37,808 nt of DNA, taken from the NCBI GenBank assembly GCA_049646225.1, contig JBARVK010000041.1:1-37808 (forward strand). The letters are read 5' to 3'. The position numbers and the translations under genes are program-made. Shown here one piece after another: positions 1 to 8,809 of the stretch. Source of the stretch: Nodosilinea sp. (GTDB taxonomy: Bacteria > Cyanobacteriota > Cyanobacteriia > Phormidesmidales > Phormidesmidaceae). The first letter of the stretch is position 1. The number at the start of each line of letters is the position of its first letter. The notes under the pieces are model-generated. The model was given only the letters and a program-made list of their open reading frames with translations, was not told the DNA's origin and searched no databases.

Positions 1-258
1 TTCTAGATCTGGTACAACGACCCTTAGAATACCGCCCGGACGGAGAACACGTAGGCACTCCTGCAGAAAAGGCTTAGCTTCTGTTTGGGCGAAATGCTCT
101 AAGAGATGAGAATGATAAACCGCGTCAAAAGTTGTATCAGGAAAAGGTATGGGCTTACGCAAGTCATGGACTATAACACCTTCTCCCGCTGAGTAAGCGT
201 CAATATTAGTCCAACCTGAGTGAAAGTGATTTCCACATCCTAAGTTTAGATATCTCAT
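1..258 (-). CDS. SAM-dependent methyltransferase (type 11-like), partial, runs off the left edge
   Basis: Not in the ORF track; translated by hand from ATG 258: MRYLNLGCGNHFHSGWTNIDAY...HDLRKPIPFPDTTFDAVYHSHLLEHF...ECLRVLRPGGILRVVVPDLE. Contains motif I LNLGCG and VLRPGG. ATGA overlap with the stop of 255..1163. Confidence 0.9.
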   Translation of the reverse strand, partial: MRYLNLGCGNHFHSGWTNIDAYSAGEGVIVHDLRKPIPFPDTTFDAVYHSHLLEHFAQTEAKPFLQECLRVLRPGGILRVVVPDLE

Positions 259-1163
259 CGTTTTTTTCGAAATTTAATGTATAAACTCTGACCCCTAGTG
301 TGTTTGTTTAGTCCTTGCCTCAGCGCTTTCTCATATCTTTCTAATATCGAATCTGACAACAAAGAAGGGAGCCAGGAGAGAATGGCTCTGAATTGATTCC
401 TCTTAGCTTGTAAATAGCCGGGGATATGGTATTCAGCTAAAGGCTCAAAACTGAAGGCTTCAACCTTTATCGGTAAGATTTTTTCTAAAGAGCGAAAAGA
501 ATGAATAGACCACTGGGACATATGATGAGGGGGCATATCTAACAGATTATCTTCATATTTTAAGAAACTGTTTATATTGGGAACGCTTAATAGCAATAAG
601 CCGTTCGCTGTCAGAAGATCCATACAGGTCAGCAGAAAGCTCATCGGATTGGCAAGATGCTCTAAAACTTGAAAACTGCATAAGCAATCATATAAAGGTT
701 CTCCCTTTGACAAAAGATCTTGAGCTGACAGCAAATAGACGTTGAGCCCCTTCTTTTGGGCATCAGCTACTGCCTTTTCATTAGAGTCAATTCCTTCAAT
801 TTGAAAGCCGTTTTCAGTCGCTGAACACACAAAATGGCCATGTCCGCATCCTATTTCTAGAATCTTTTTCCTGTTACGTAAATCTCGGAGTGCTAATTTG
901 TATTCCCATTTGTCTGACATGTAATACCAGTCAAAATTCATGAGTTTTTCATATAATAGGGCTGAGCCAGTAACCTTTTTAGGATAAAAGAATCGGAGCC
1001 CCGTATCATTACATCGGTAAAGATAAAACTCAGAACAAGATTCAAGTTCTGAGCTAATGTCAATATCGAATGATTGCTTCCAGTCTTCAACGACCTTTTC
1101 CCTGGAAAAAGATTTTAAGAGGGTTACATTTTCACCATTAGTGAGAGGGCTTTTTGCGTTCAT
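255..1163 (-). CDS. Class I SAM-dependent methyltransferase (glycan-modifying type)
   Basis: ILEIGCGHG motif I, FQVLEHL, LLSVPN, PPHH; lies directly downstream of wzt. Confidence 0.9.
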   Translation of the reverse strand: MNAKSPLTNGENVTLLKSFSREKVVEDWKQSFDIDISSELESCSEFYLYRCNDTGLRFFYPKKVTGSALLYEKLMNFDWYYMSDKWEYKLALRDLRNRKKILEIGCGHGHFVCSATENGFQIEGIDSNEKAVADAQKKGLNVYLLSAQDLLSKGEPLYDCLCSFQVLEHLANPMSFLLTCMDLLTANGLLLLSVPNINSFLKYEDNLLDMPPHHMSQWSIHSFRSLEKILPIKVEAFSFEPLAEYHIPGYLQAKRNQFRAILSWLPSLLSDSILERYEKALRQGLNKHTRGQSLYIKFRKKR

Positions 1164-1231
1164 TGCATGCTCACTTGTAAACCTTTATGCTTTGACTGAA
1201 AATAAGACTCGTTAATCCTTGCAATCATGAG

Positions 1232-2545
1232 TTAATTTTTTTCGTGCATTATTTCTAGTGTTGGGTTAAGACTGACAATACCCCACCAAAGGAGCGCTTC
1301 TGGATCTCGTTCTACTCGAAACGAAAGAACATTGTGGACGTATGCTAGGATCGTGCGAAAAAGGCCTTGGCCATAGTCGCTGTCAGATATGCCAATGGTC
1401 ACTGTATATTGACCCTCATACATAGATGCACAAAATCTAAACTTGACCTCTAAAATCTCATTGGCTTTTACAGCTCCTAGTGATTTCTTCATGACATGAG
1501 TATTAGTCATAAATAAATCTAGGCCTGTCCGATCTCGAATTTTGAAGCCAACGTGGGGATCTTGAAAATCTTTATGAAATTGAAGCCTAACTACTAACTT
1601 TACCGGTTGATCAATTAACACGCTTTGAACAGATTTTCCTTCTATATTCTTCAACTCAACCGATCGAATGCTGACTTCTTGCCTTTGAAGTCTTACTTCT
1701 TCAACGTCTTCATGTCTTACTTCAGTGGACTCTCTTTTCTCTGGTTCGTTCAGTGATTGGTTACTTTTGTAGATTACATTGACGTCAAGGAGATTGGGGT
1801 CCCGATCTGATTCTTTCATCATCTTTGCCTCGTACAGGTCTATTACCTGTTTCGGTTGACTATTTAGAACCAAAGACCCATTCTCTAAAAGTATGGCTCT
1901 ATTACAAAGCTTGTAGACGGCGGATGAATCATGAGAAACAAACAAAAGAGTGCTTCCATTTTCTTGGAGCTGCCGCATCTTGTCAAAACACTTCTGTTGA
2001 AAAAATATATCTCCGACGGCCAGAGCTTCATCCACAATTAGAATTTTAGGATCAACATTAACGGCAACAGAAAAGGCTAGTCGAACGAACATACCGCTAG
2101 AATAGGTTTTTACAGGTTGATCTAGAAAATCTCCAATATCAGCGAAGCTTGTTATAGAATCAAACCTGTTCTCGATTTCTTCTTGGGTTAACCCTAGAAG
2201 ACGGCCATTAAAAAATACGTTTTGTCTCCCCGTAAACTCTGGATTAAACCCGCTTCCTAGTTCCAAAAGAGCTGAGATACGGCCATTGACCTGGATTTCG
2301 CCAACGGTTGGGGTTAGAGTTCCCGCAATGATTTGTAGCAGTGTGCTTTTGCCAGAGCCATTGCGCCCAATAATGCCTAGGGTTTCGCCATGCGAAACTT
2401 CCAGATTAATATCTCGTACGGCCCAAAACTCTTCTGCCCTGGGTTTACTGGGCAATAAGATTTCCTTGAGACGGTCGATAGGTTGATGATATCGCTTGTA
2501 GACCTTCGATACATTCCGCAGCGAAATCAGCAATTCCTCATTCAT
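1232..2545 (-). CDS. wzt: Polysaccharide ABC exporter ATPase with C-terminal Wzt_C domain
   Basis: Walker A GRNGSGKST, YSSGMFVRLAF signature, ILIVDEALAVGD, VSH, plus a C-terminal beta-rich extension. Confidence 0.93.
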   Translation of the reverse strand: MNEELLISLRNVSKVYKRYHQPIDRLKEILLPSKPRAEEFWAVRDINLEVSHGETLGIIGRNGSGKSTLLQIIAGTLTPTVGEIQVNGRISALLELGSGFNPEFTGRQNVFFNGRLLGLTQEEIENRFDSITSFADIGDFLDQPVKTYSSGMFVRLAFSVAVNVDPKILIVDEALAVGDIFFQQKCFDKMRQLQENGSTLLFVSHDSSAVYKLCNRAILLENGSLVLNSQPKQVIDLYEAKMMKESDRDPNLLDVNVIYKSNQSLNEPEKRESTEVRHEDVEEVRLQRQEVSIRSVELKNIEGKSVQSVLIDQPVKLVVRLQFHKDFQDPHVGFKIRDRTGLDLFMTNTHVMKKSLGAVKANEILEVKFRFCASMYEGQYTVTIGISDSDYGQGLFRTILAYVHNVLSFRVERDPEALLWWGIVSLNPTLEIMHEKN

Positions 2546-2651
2546 CGTTTCCTAAAGTCCTTCGCGCTTGGCCATTATGGCTAGTTGTTGGAATAATTTC
2601 TTGGCTAATACTAAAACTGCCTAGAGGTGAAAATTTATTGTACTAATAGGG

Positions 2652-3524
2652 CTAGAGCACGTCAGCAAATGCGGGTCGAAGCTTTCGATAACACCAAAAA
2701 CCCCCCAGCAAAATCAGTATAGATATTGATGTCGCAACGGCCCATTCGCTCCAATGGGTCACAGTTCCGGTTAAAACCATGTCGCGGTATAGTTCGCCAA
2801 TGGTCGCCATCGGGTTGAACCAGAATACCCATTGCTGAAACGGTTGTGGAATTAGATCGACGGGGTAAATTAGAGGCGTAGCATAGAACCACAAATTGAG
2901 AACCACAGCTAGCGTTTGGGGAATATCGCGTAAGAATACCGTTAGCCCAGCCATCAAAAAACCCAGTCCGGCACTCAGACACAACTGGGGGAGCCAGACT
3001 AAGGGCAATAGCAGCAGGGTTAAATGTAACGTTTGGGTGAGCAGCGCAACAAGGGTAATTAGCGCCATTAGCCCAAAAGTACTTTCAATAAAGCTGGAGA
3101 GAATTGGCACTAGGGGCAGCAGCGTCAGGGGAAAAACCACTTTTTTCACCAGGTTAGGCTGCTGAATGACTGCAACAGCCGATTGAGCTAGCCCAGTGCT
3201 GAAGGCAATCCAGGGTACTAAACCGGCAAACAGCCACAACCCAAAGACAAAGGAACTGTCCTGGGGTAACCCCGTTAGGCTTAGCTTGACCTGGAGCACG
3301 ATGCCAAAGACATAGGTGTAAATCAGCAGTTGAGACACCTGATTGATAAGAGGCCAGAACTTTCCTAAAATAGACCCTTTATACCGCCCTTCTAAATCTC
3401 GCTGAACCAGGGTTTTTAGGAGGTTTAACTTGGCCCATTGAGGGTCATTGAGTGGCAGAAAACGCTTTACCAACGCTTTTTTACGATGCCACAGAGCTTT
3501 GAGAGGTTTCAGGACAATTGTCAC
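2652..3524 (-). CDS. wzm: Polysaccharide ABC exporter permease
   Basis: RDLEGRYKGSILG, LVKKVVFP, YATPLIYP, NPM, terminal FADVL; multiple TM segments; upstream of wzt. Confidence 0.92.
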   Translation of the reverse strand: MTIVLKPLKALWHRKKALVKRFLPLNDPQWAKLNLLKTLVQRDLEGRYKGSILGKFWPLINQVSQLLIYTYVFGIVLQVKLSLTGLPQDSSFVFGLWLFAGLVPWIAFSTGLAQSAVAVIQQPNLVKKVVFPLTLLPLVPILSSFIESTFGLMALITLVALLTQTLHLTLLLLPLVWLPQLCLSAGLGFLMAGLTVFLRDIPQTLAVVLNLWFYATPLIYPVDLIPQPFQQWVFWFNPMATIGELYRDMVLTGTVTHWSEWAVATSISILILLGGFWCYRKLRPAFADVL

Positions 3525-3650
3525 TGATTAGCTACCTTGCATATATGGATCTGGATCACAGATACAATACCGCACCTTGGCACCCGCCCTTTGGTTTGCT
3601 GCAACTGTACAATGCCTGGCGAGATATCTGAGCCTGAGTGCTCGTACTGC

Positions 3651-4492
3651 TCAGGTGTAGCCGCTTAGCCATCGGCTAAGGATGCCCTGGCGAGGGCTCA
3701 AAAGCAGAGCCAGCAAAAAACCTCCAAATACTGTCAAGGCGATCGCAGGCCCCGAGGGAATATCCAGATAGTAGCTACAGTACATGCCTACCGCCCCAAA
3801 CAGCACTCCCAGAATTGAACCGAGCATCATCATCCAGTGGAGTTCTTTAACGATCAGGTAGGCGGTAGCCGCCGGACCGACCATGAGGGCAACAACGAGA
3901 ATAACGCCAACGGTTTTGACGCCTGCGATAATGGCTAGAGTAATGGCAGCCATCAGGCCCAGATTAAGGCGGTAGATCGGTAGCCCCAGGGCTTCGGCCC
4001 CGAGGGGGTCGAAGGTGAAGAACAGCAGCTCTTTGTAAAACAAGCTGACGCCGACCAGCACTAGTCCAGCGATCGCACCAATTTGCCAGACATCGCTAGG
4101 GGTAATGCTGAGAATGTCGCCAAACAATAGCTGCTCCAGGGATACGCGGGTGCCTAGCAGCGTCAGCAACGCAATGCCTAGGGAGAAGAAGGTGGAAAAG
4201 GTAATGGCCATGGCGGTATCCGACTTAATCCGCGATTGGGTGCGAATCCAGGTGATGACAAAGGTGCTAAATAGACCGCAGGTAAAGGCCCCAACCAGAA
4301 CCGGGATATTAAAAAGCTGGCGATCGCGAGCCCCGGCAGCACCCCGTGGGCCACCACATCGCCCAGCATAGCCATCCGCTGCACAATCAAGTAAGTTCCG
4401 ATGATGGGGCAGAGGATGCCCACCAGCACGCTGGCCATCAGCGCCTGGCGCATAAAGTCATAGCTGAGTGGGTCAAGCAGCCAGTCCATCAT
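3651..4492 (-). pseudogene. Metal (Mn/Zn) ABC transporter permease, MntB/ZnuB family, split by a single-base frameshift at 4311-4315
   Basis: The N-terminus (DFMRQAL...GDVVAHGVLPGLAIA) is in 4178..4492 and the C-terminus (LFGDIL, TFDP, VGVILV, PSGPAI) is in 3651..4211. Adding one T to the T5 run restores ...ASFFNIPVLVGAFTCGLFSTFVITWIRTQSRIKSDTAMAITFS. Confidence 0.8.
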
Positions 4493-4552
4493 GTCTGTAC
4501 AGAAAAAAGGAACCGAACGGGTATCGCCCCAAAGGCCGTAGGCACAGTCAAG

Positions 4553-5515
4553 TTAGCCAAAGTTCCACATTACTGGATCGGTGGGCAGATGATCGGTTAC
4601 GGTGCGGCTGATGGTGTCGATCTCTGTCAGGTCTTCAAGCGATAGCGATACGGAAGCCGCCTGAGCATTTTCTTTGGCCTGGTCAACGTTGCGCGCACCG
4701 ACGATCGCCGTGGTCTGGGGCTGGGCGATCAGCCAGGCCAGGGCCAGGTTGCCCAGGGTGGTGTGGTGACGCTCCGCAATGGGCTTGAGCTTAGCCAGGG
4801 CGTCCTGGGCTTTGTCGTACAGCGGCGGCTGAAACAGCTTGTTTTTGCTGCGAATGTCTTCTTTGGGAAACTGGTGGTCGGGACCGAATTTGCCCGTGAG
4901 TAGCCCCTGGGCCAGGGCGGAGTAGGCCAGGATGGTGAGATCATTCTCCACGCAGTAGGGCATCAGCTCGGCCTCGACCCCGCGCCAGAAGAGGGAGTAG
5001 GGCGGTTGCAGGCTATCGATGCGGCCGTAGGACATCGCCTCTTCGATTTGCTGTACTGAAAAATTTGACACCCCAATCGCCCGAATCTTGCCCTGATCCT
5101 TGAGCTGGTTCAGCGCCCCCATGGTCTCACCAAGGGGTACAATCTCGCTGTTGAAGGATCCGGCGGGCCAGTGGATCTGGTACAGGTCGATTACCTCGGT
5201 TTGCATGCGCCTGAGCGAATTTTCGCAGGCCTCGATCACCTGATCGGCCTTAAGGTGGTTGGCAAAGACTTTGGTGGCTAGAATGACGCGATCGCGTCTA
5301 TCCCCCAGTGCCTTGCCAACAAGCTCCTCTGAATGACCGTTGCCGTAGACCTCCGCCGTATCAAAGGTGGTGATCCCCGCATCCAGTGCTGCCTGCATCG
5401 CGTCGATCACCGCCTGATCTTCAACCCCGACCCAGCCGCTCTTGCCCGCCTGCCAGGTACCAAAAATCAGCGGCGTGATCTCGATATCGGTTTGGCCCAG
5501 CCTACGAGTTTCCAT
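4553..5515 (-). CDS. Aldo/keto reductase
   Basis: Likely start METRRLGQT at 5515. Motifs FDTAEVYG, ILATK, IDLYQIHWP, GKIRAIGVSNF, AYSALAQGLLTGK. Confidence 0.92.
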   Translation of the reverse strand: METRRLGQTDIEITPLIFGTWQAGKSGWVGVEDQAVIDAMQAALDAGITTFDTAEVYGNGHSEELVGKALGDRRDRVILATKVFANHLKADQVIEACENSLRRMQTEVIDLYQIHWPAGSFNSEIVPLGETMGALNQLKDQGKIRAIGVSNFSVQQIEEAMSYGRIDSLQPPYSLFWRGVEAELMPYCVENDLTILAYSALAQGLLTGKFGPDHQFPKEDIRSKNKLFQPPLYDKAQDALAKLKPIAERHHTTLGNLALAWLIAQPQTTAIVGARNVDQAKENAQAASVSLSLEDLTEIDTISRTVTDHLPTDPVMWNFG

Positions 5516-5614
5516 GCTCAAGCGTTGTCCCTGAATTTCGTTACCTGCATGATAGCGCCCTGGGCCAGTCACCCTTGATCGCGGAGATAGGTCATAGTAC
5601 TCGTTTATTATGAG

Positions 5615-5685
5615 TTTTAGATTTTGGCGTTTGGATCTTGGGGCTGACTCCCAATCCAAAATCTAAAATCCGCCGTCCAGAATCG
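5615..5685. repeat. Heptamer-based imperfect inverted repeat (STRR-like hairpin)
   Basis: TTTTAGATTTTGG...CCAAAATCTAAAATC...AGAATCG; same family as 15994-16065. Confidence 0.7.
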
Positions 5686-5690
5686 CCCCT

Positions 5691-7289
5691 ATGCCCCCCC
5701 AACTCCGCCCCTACCAGATTGACCTGATCAATGACCTCTATCGCAAGCTCAATGAAGGGCACAAGCGAGTGGCGATCGTGGCGGGTACCGGGGCAGGCAA
5801 AACGGTGATTAGCGGGCAAATTTGTGCTCACGCCGAGAGGGCGGGCAAGCGGCTGATGTTCCTAGTGCATTTGGACGTGCTGGTGGGCCAGACCTACGAA
5901 AAAATGCAGGCTTTTGGGCTGCACTGCGGCTTCATCAAGGCGGGTTGGGAAGAAAACCGCGAGGCCCCGATTCAGATCGCTAGTATTCAAACCATGGCGA
6001 AGCGCCGCTGGTGGCAGCAGTGGGTGCCCGATGTCGTGTTTTACGACGAAGGCCACATCACCCTGTTTAGCCAGGTGGGCAAAAAGGTGCTCAAGACCTT
6101 TCCCGACGCGGTACACCTGGTCATGACCGCTACCCCTGAGCGACTGGGCAAAGAACAGTTGGGCGACTACATGGATACTCTGGTGGCTTCGCCCGTGCCC
6201 AGCGACCTGCAGCAGCGCGGCTTTTTGGCCCCGATGAAGTACTACAGCATGCCGCCGGACGGAGTAGCGAACCTGAAGGAAGTCAAAACCGTACGGGGCG
6301 ACTACGACGAGGTAGGGCTGAAGAATGCCTGCGATCGCCCTGAGCTGATCGACAAAATCGTTCGCGAGTGGCGTCGCCTCTGCCCCGGCAAGCGCACGAT
6401 TGCCTTCTGTGTCGACATTGAGCACGCCCGCCACGTTGCTGACGCCTTTAACGCCGCTGGTATCCCCTCTGACACAGTGGAGGGTGGCACCCCGATCAAA
6501 GACCGCAAGCGTATGTACAGCGACCTGCGGGACGAGCAAATCCTGGTGCTCACCTCCTGCAACGTAATCAGCATTGGCTTTGACGAACCCAGCGTGGAGG
6601 TGGGGCTAATGCTGCGACCCACTCAATCCAGCGCCCTGCATCTGCAACAGATTGGCCGGGTGATGCGGATCTCGCCTCAGACGGGCAAGCCGTACGGCAT
6701 CATTCTCGACCAGGCCGGAAACCTGGAGCGTCTGGGCTTTCCCGAAGACATTAAGGACTACCACCTGCCGGTGCAGGAGCAGAGCACTGGTGGCGGTAGT
6801 CCACCGCCCAAAAAACCTTGTCCACAGTGTGGCTATATGGTGCTGTCCTTTGTTGTTCAATGTCCAGAGTGCAATCATCAGTGGATTACTGAGCGAGTTC
6901 TTAACCTAGAAGACTTGGTAGAAGTTTACTCGGTTGAGCAAGCTCACCAAATTGACGATATTTCTATCTTAAAAAAACTCTTTCATGGCCAGAGACTTAG
7001 CGCCTATAACCGTTGGAAAAGAAGTAACAAGAATAGATGTGATGGCAACTCCCCTGATGCTGCAATAGGCCTATTTAAGCGACACTGTGGCCGTTTCCCG
7101 AAAGATGAATGGTGTTTAGGCTCAATCCTGGGTAATCATCCAACTCAAGAGCAGGTTATAGAGTTCTTAGAATACCTTCAGAAGTGTGCCAAACGGGCTG
7201 GAAAGAGGCCTGAGTGGATTATTCAAGAATTTGAGAAAGAGTGTGGTCGTGGGAGCTTTGAACGAGTGACAACCCCGCGTCGAGCTTGA
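5691..7289 (+). CDS. Superfamily 2 helicase (ResIII/RadD(YejH)/phage Hel-like) with C-terminal zinc ribbon
   Basis: Q motif LRPYQ, Walker A GTGAGKT, DEGH, MTATP, TIAFCVDIEHA, SIGFDEP, QQIGRVMR; then CPQC...CPEC. Confidence 0.9.
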   Translation: MPPQLRPYQIDLINDLYRKLNEGHKRVAIVAGTGAGKTVISGQICAHAERAGKRLMFLVHLDVLVGQTYEKMQAFGLHCGFIKAGWEENREAPIQIASIQTMAKRRWWQQWVPDVVFYDEGHITLFSQVGKKVLKTFPDAVHLVMTATPERLGKEQLGDYMDTLVASPVPSDLQQRGFLAPMKYYSMPPDGVANLKEVKTVRGDYDEVGLKNACDRPELIDKIVREWRRLCPGKRTIAFCVDIEHARHVADAFNAAGIPSDTVEGGTPIKDRKRMYSDLRDEQILVLTSCNVISIGFDEPSVEVGLMLRPTQSSALHLQQIGRVMRISPQTGKPYGIILDQAGNLERLGFPEDIKDYHLPVQEQSTGGGSPPPKKPCPQCGYMVLSFVVQCPECNHQWITERVLNLEDLVEVYSVEQAHQIDDISILKKLFHGQRLSAYNRWKRSNKNRCDGNSPDAAIGLFKRHCGRFPKDEWCLGSILGNHPTQEQVIEFLEYLQKCAKRAGKRPEWIIQEFEKECGRGSFERVTTPRRA

Positions 7290-7307
7290 TTATTTGATCA
7301 ATGAACT

Positions 7308-7389
7308 GTAGGGTGCATTCGCGCAGCAATGCACCGCTTTGGGAGCCTTATCCTTGCGGTGCATTCGTGCGAAGCACAATGCACCCTAC
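7308..7389. repeat. GTAG-family REP doublet (REPIN-like)
   Basis: GTAG-GGTGCATT-cgcgcagc-AATGCACC ... GGTGCATT-cgtgcgaagcac-AATGCACC-CTAC: two palindromes in inverted orientation with GTAG/CTAC ends. Confidence 0.8.
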
Positions 7390-7398
7390 GCCCCTTAT

Positions 7399-8604
7399 CT
7401 AACCGTCGCGATCGGTGCGAATCCAGCTCTGCTCGGGCTTGGTCAAAAACTTAGAGAAGATCGAAGACTTGCTCAGCATGTAGGCGGGCACCCCGAGAAT
7501 ATCGCGCAGCGACAGGTCGGCGCGACCGTAGCCTAGCCAGGCCAGGCCGATAACAGCGACTAAGCAGGCCAGGGCTCCCAAGGCCAGGTAGGCGGGCAGC
7601 CAGCTGAGGCCAGCAATAGCTAAGACCAGGCTGAGGAGGGCGATCGCGACCACGGCCAAGACCTGAAGGGTAATCGGCAGCACCGACAGCTCCAGCGCCA
7701 GCGCCAGTAGGTCCGGTCGTCGCTGCTTGAGGGCCTGGCCCAACAGCTTGGGCACGTACTCAATAAAAATTTGCAGGTGGCCGTGCTCCCAGCGGGTGCG
7801 CTGGGTGGTCGCCGCCTGCTCCCCGCTGGGCAAGCGGCTGGTCACCCGAGCCGCCTGACAAAACTGAGGGGCGTAGCCCGCTAGGGCCAGGTCAAGACCT
7901 AGCTTCATATCTTCGACGATATGGCCGCTGGCGATGCTCACCGAGGTTGCCGCTGCCCAGGGCAGGGCGATGCCGGTTCCGGTCAGCAGACAGGGTTGGC
8001 CCAGCTGGTACAGGCCCAGGGGGCGCACCCAGTTTTTGACCTTGAAGGCAAAGGCCGAAATACCATCCTTAAGCCCAGGGTTAGCGGGCTTTTCCATTAA
8101 ATAAACGGCCTGGACGGGACGCTTGGTGCGCTGGGCCTGGCTAACCAGCGTAGCCAGACCACCGGGGTGCAGGATGCAGTCGGCATCGACAAAGATCACC
8201 ACATCGGGGGCATCATTGGCCAGGTAGCGGAGGCCAAAATCGAGGGCATAGCCCTTGCCGCGCTGGGTCAAGTCCTGACGTTCAATCACGGTGGCCCCAG
8301 CCTGGCGAGCTTCGGCAGCGGTAGCGTCGGTGCAGTTGTCAGCAACCACCACGAGGCGATCGCCGGGCCGTAGCTGCGGCGTGATTGTAGCCAGGGTGGG
8401 ACTAATGCCGCCCGCTTCGTTGTGGGCGGGCACCAGCACCGCTAAGGCAAGATCGGCGGGTAGGGCAAGGGCAGGGTTAGCTGGGGCCGGGGTTCGGCTT
8501 GGTAGGGCCGCCAGACATTCCAGGGCCAGAAAGGCCGATGTTACCAGCAGCAGCAGCGGGATAAGGGCTAGGGTTGCCGTGAGCAAACTGCTTGTTAGAG
8601 TCAT
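7399..8604 (-). CDS. Glycosyltransferase family 2, membrane-anchored
   Basis: VLVPAHNE, VADNCTD, RGKGYAL, FVDAD, VED, QRTRW motifs; N- and C-terminal TM helices. Confidence 0.92.
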   Translation of the reverse strand: MTLTSSLLTATLALIPLLLLVTSAFLALECLAALPSRTPAPANPALALPADLALAVLVPAHNEAGGISPTLATITPQLRPGDRLVVVADNCTDATAAEARQAGATVIERQDLTQRGKGYALDFGLRYLANDAPDVVIFVDADCILHPGGLATLVSQAQRTKRPVQAVYLMEKPANPGLKDGISAFAFKVKNWVRPLGLYQLGQPCLLTGTGIALPWAAATSVSIASGHIVEDMKLGLDLALAGYAPQFCQAARVTSRLPSGEQAATTQRTRWEHGHLQIFIEYVPKLLGQALKQRRPDLLALALELSVLPITLQVLAVVAIALLSLVLAIAGLSWLPAYLALGALACLVAVIGLAWLGYGRADLSLRDILGVPAYMLSKSSIFSKFLTKPEQSWIRTDRDG

Positions 8605-8809
8605 ACCTGCCAATCTTCCCCGATCGAATAGATGTTTTCAGGTTGCCCAAATTGTCTCGCCAGGCTCAGGCCTGGCGGCCACCGACAAGCCAGGGACCTA
8701 ATTTGTCCACTGGTACCTTAGTTGACCTGGGCGATCGCTGGGCCGCCTCACCCCCCAGGTTTACAGGAGCTTCAAACATCCGTGTAGAGGTGCAGGGGCC
8801 AGCTCCGGA

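Noticed and set aside
5597..5610. Possible LexA box upstream of the helicase (AGTACTCGTTTATT)
   Set aside because: Only the left half matches the cyanobacterial RGTAC-N3-DGTWCB consensus.
5516..5659. N-terminal extension of the aldo-keto reductase in the ORF track
   Set aside because: It runs through the repeat hairpin; family similarity begins at METRRLG (5515).
5862..6539. 225-aa antisense ORF inside the helicase, and similar shadow ORFs such as 9089..9661, 27336..27812 and 37232..37663
   Set aside because: They lie wholly antisense to well-supported genes, are expected in GC-rich DNA, and show no recognisable motifs.
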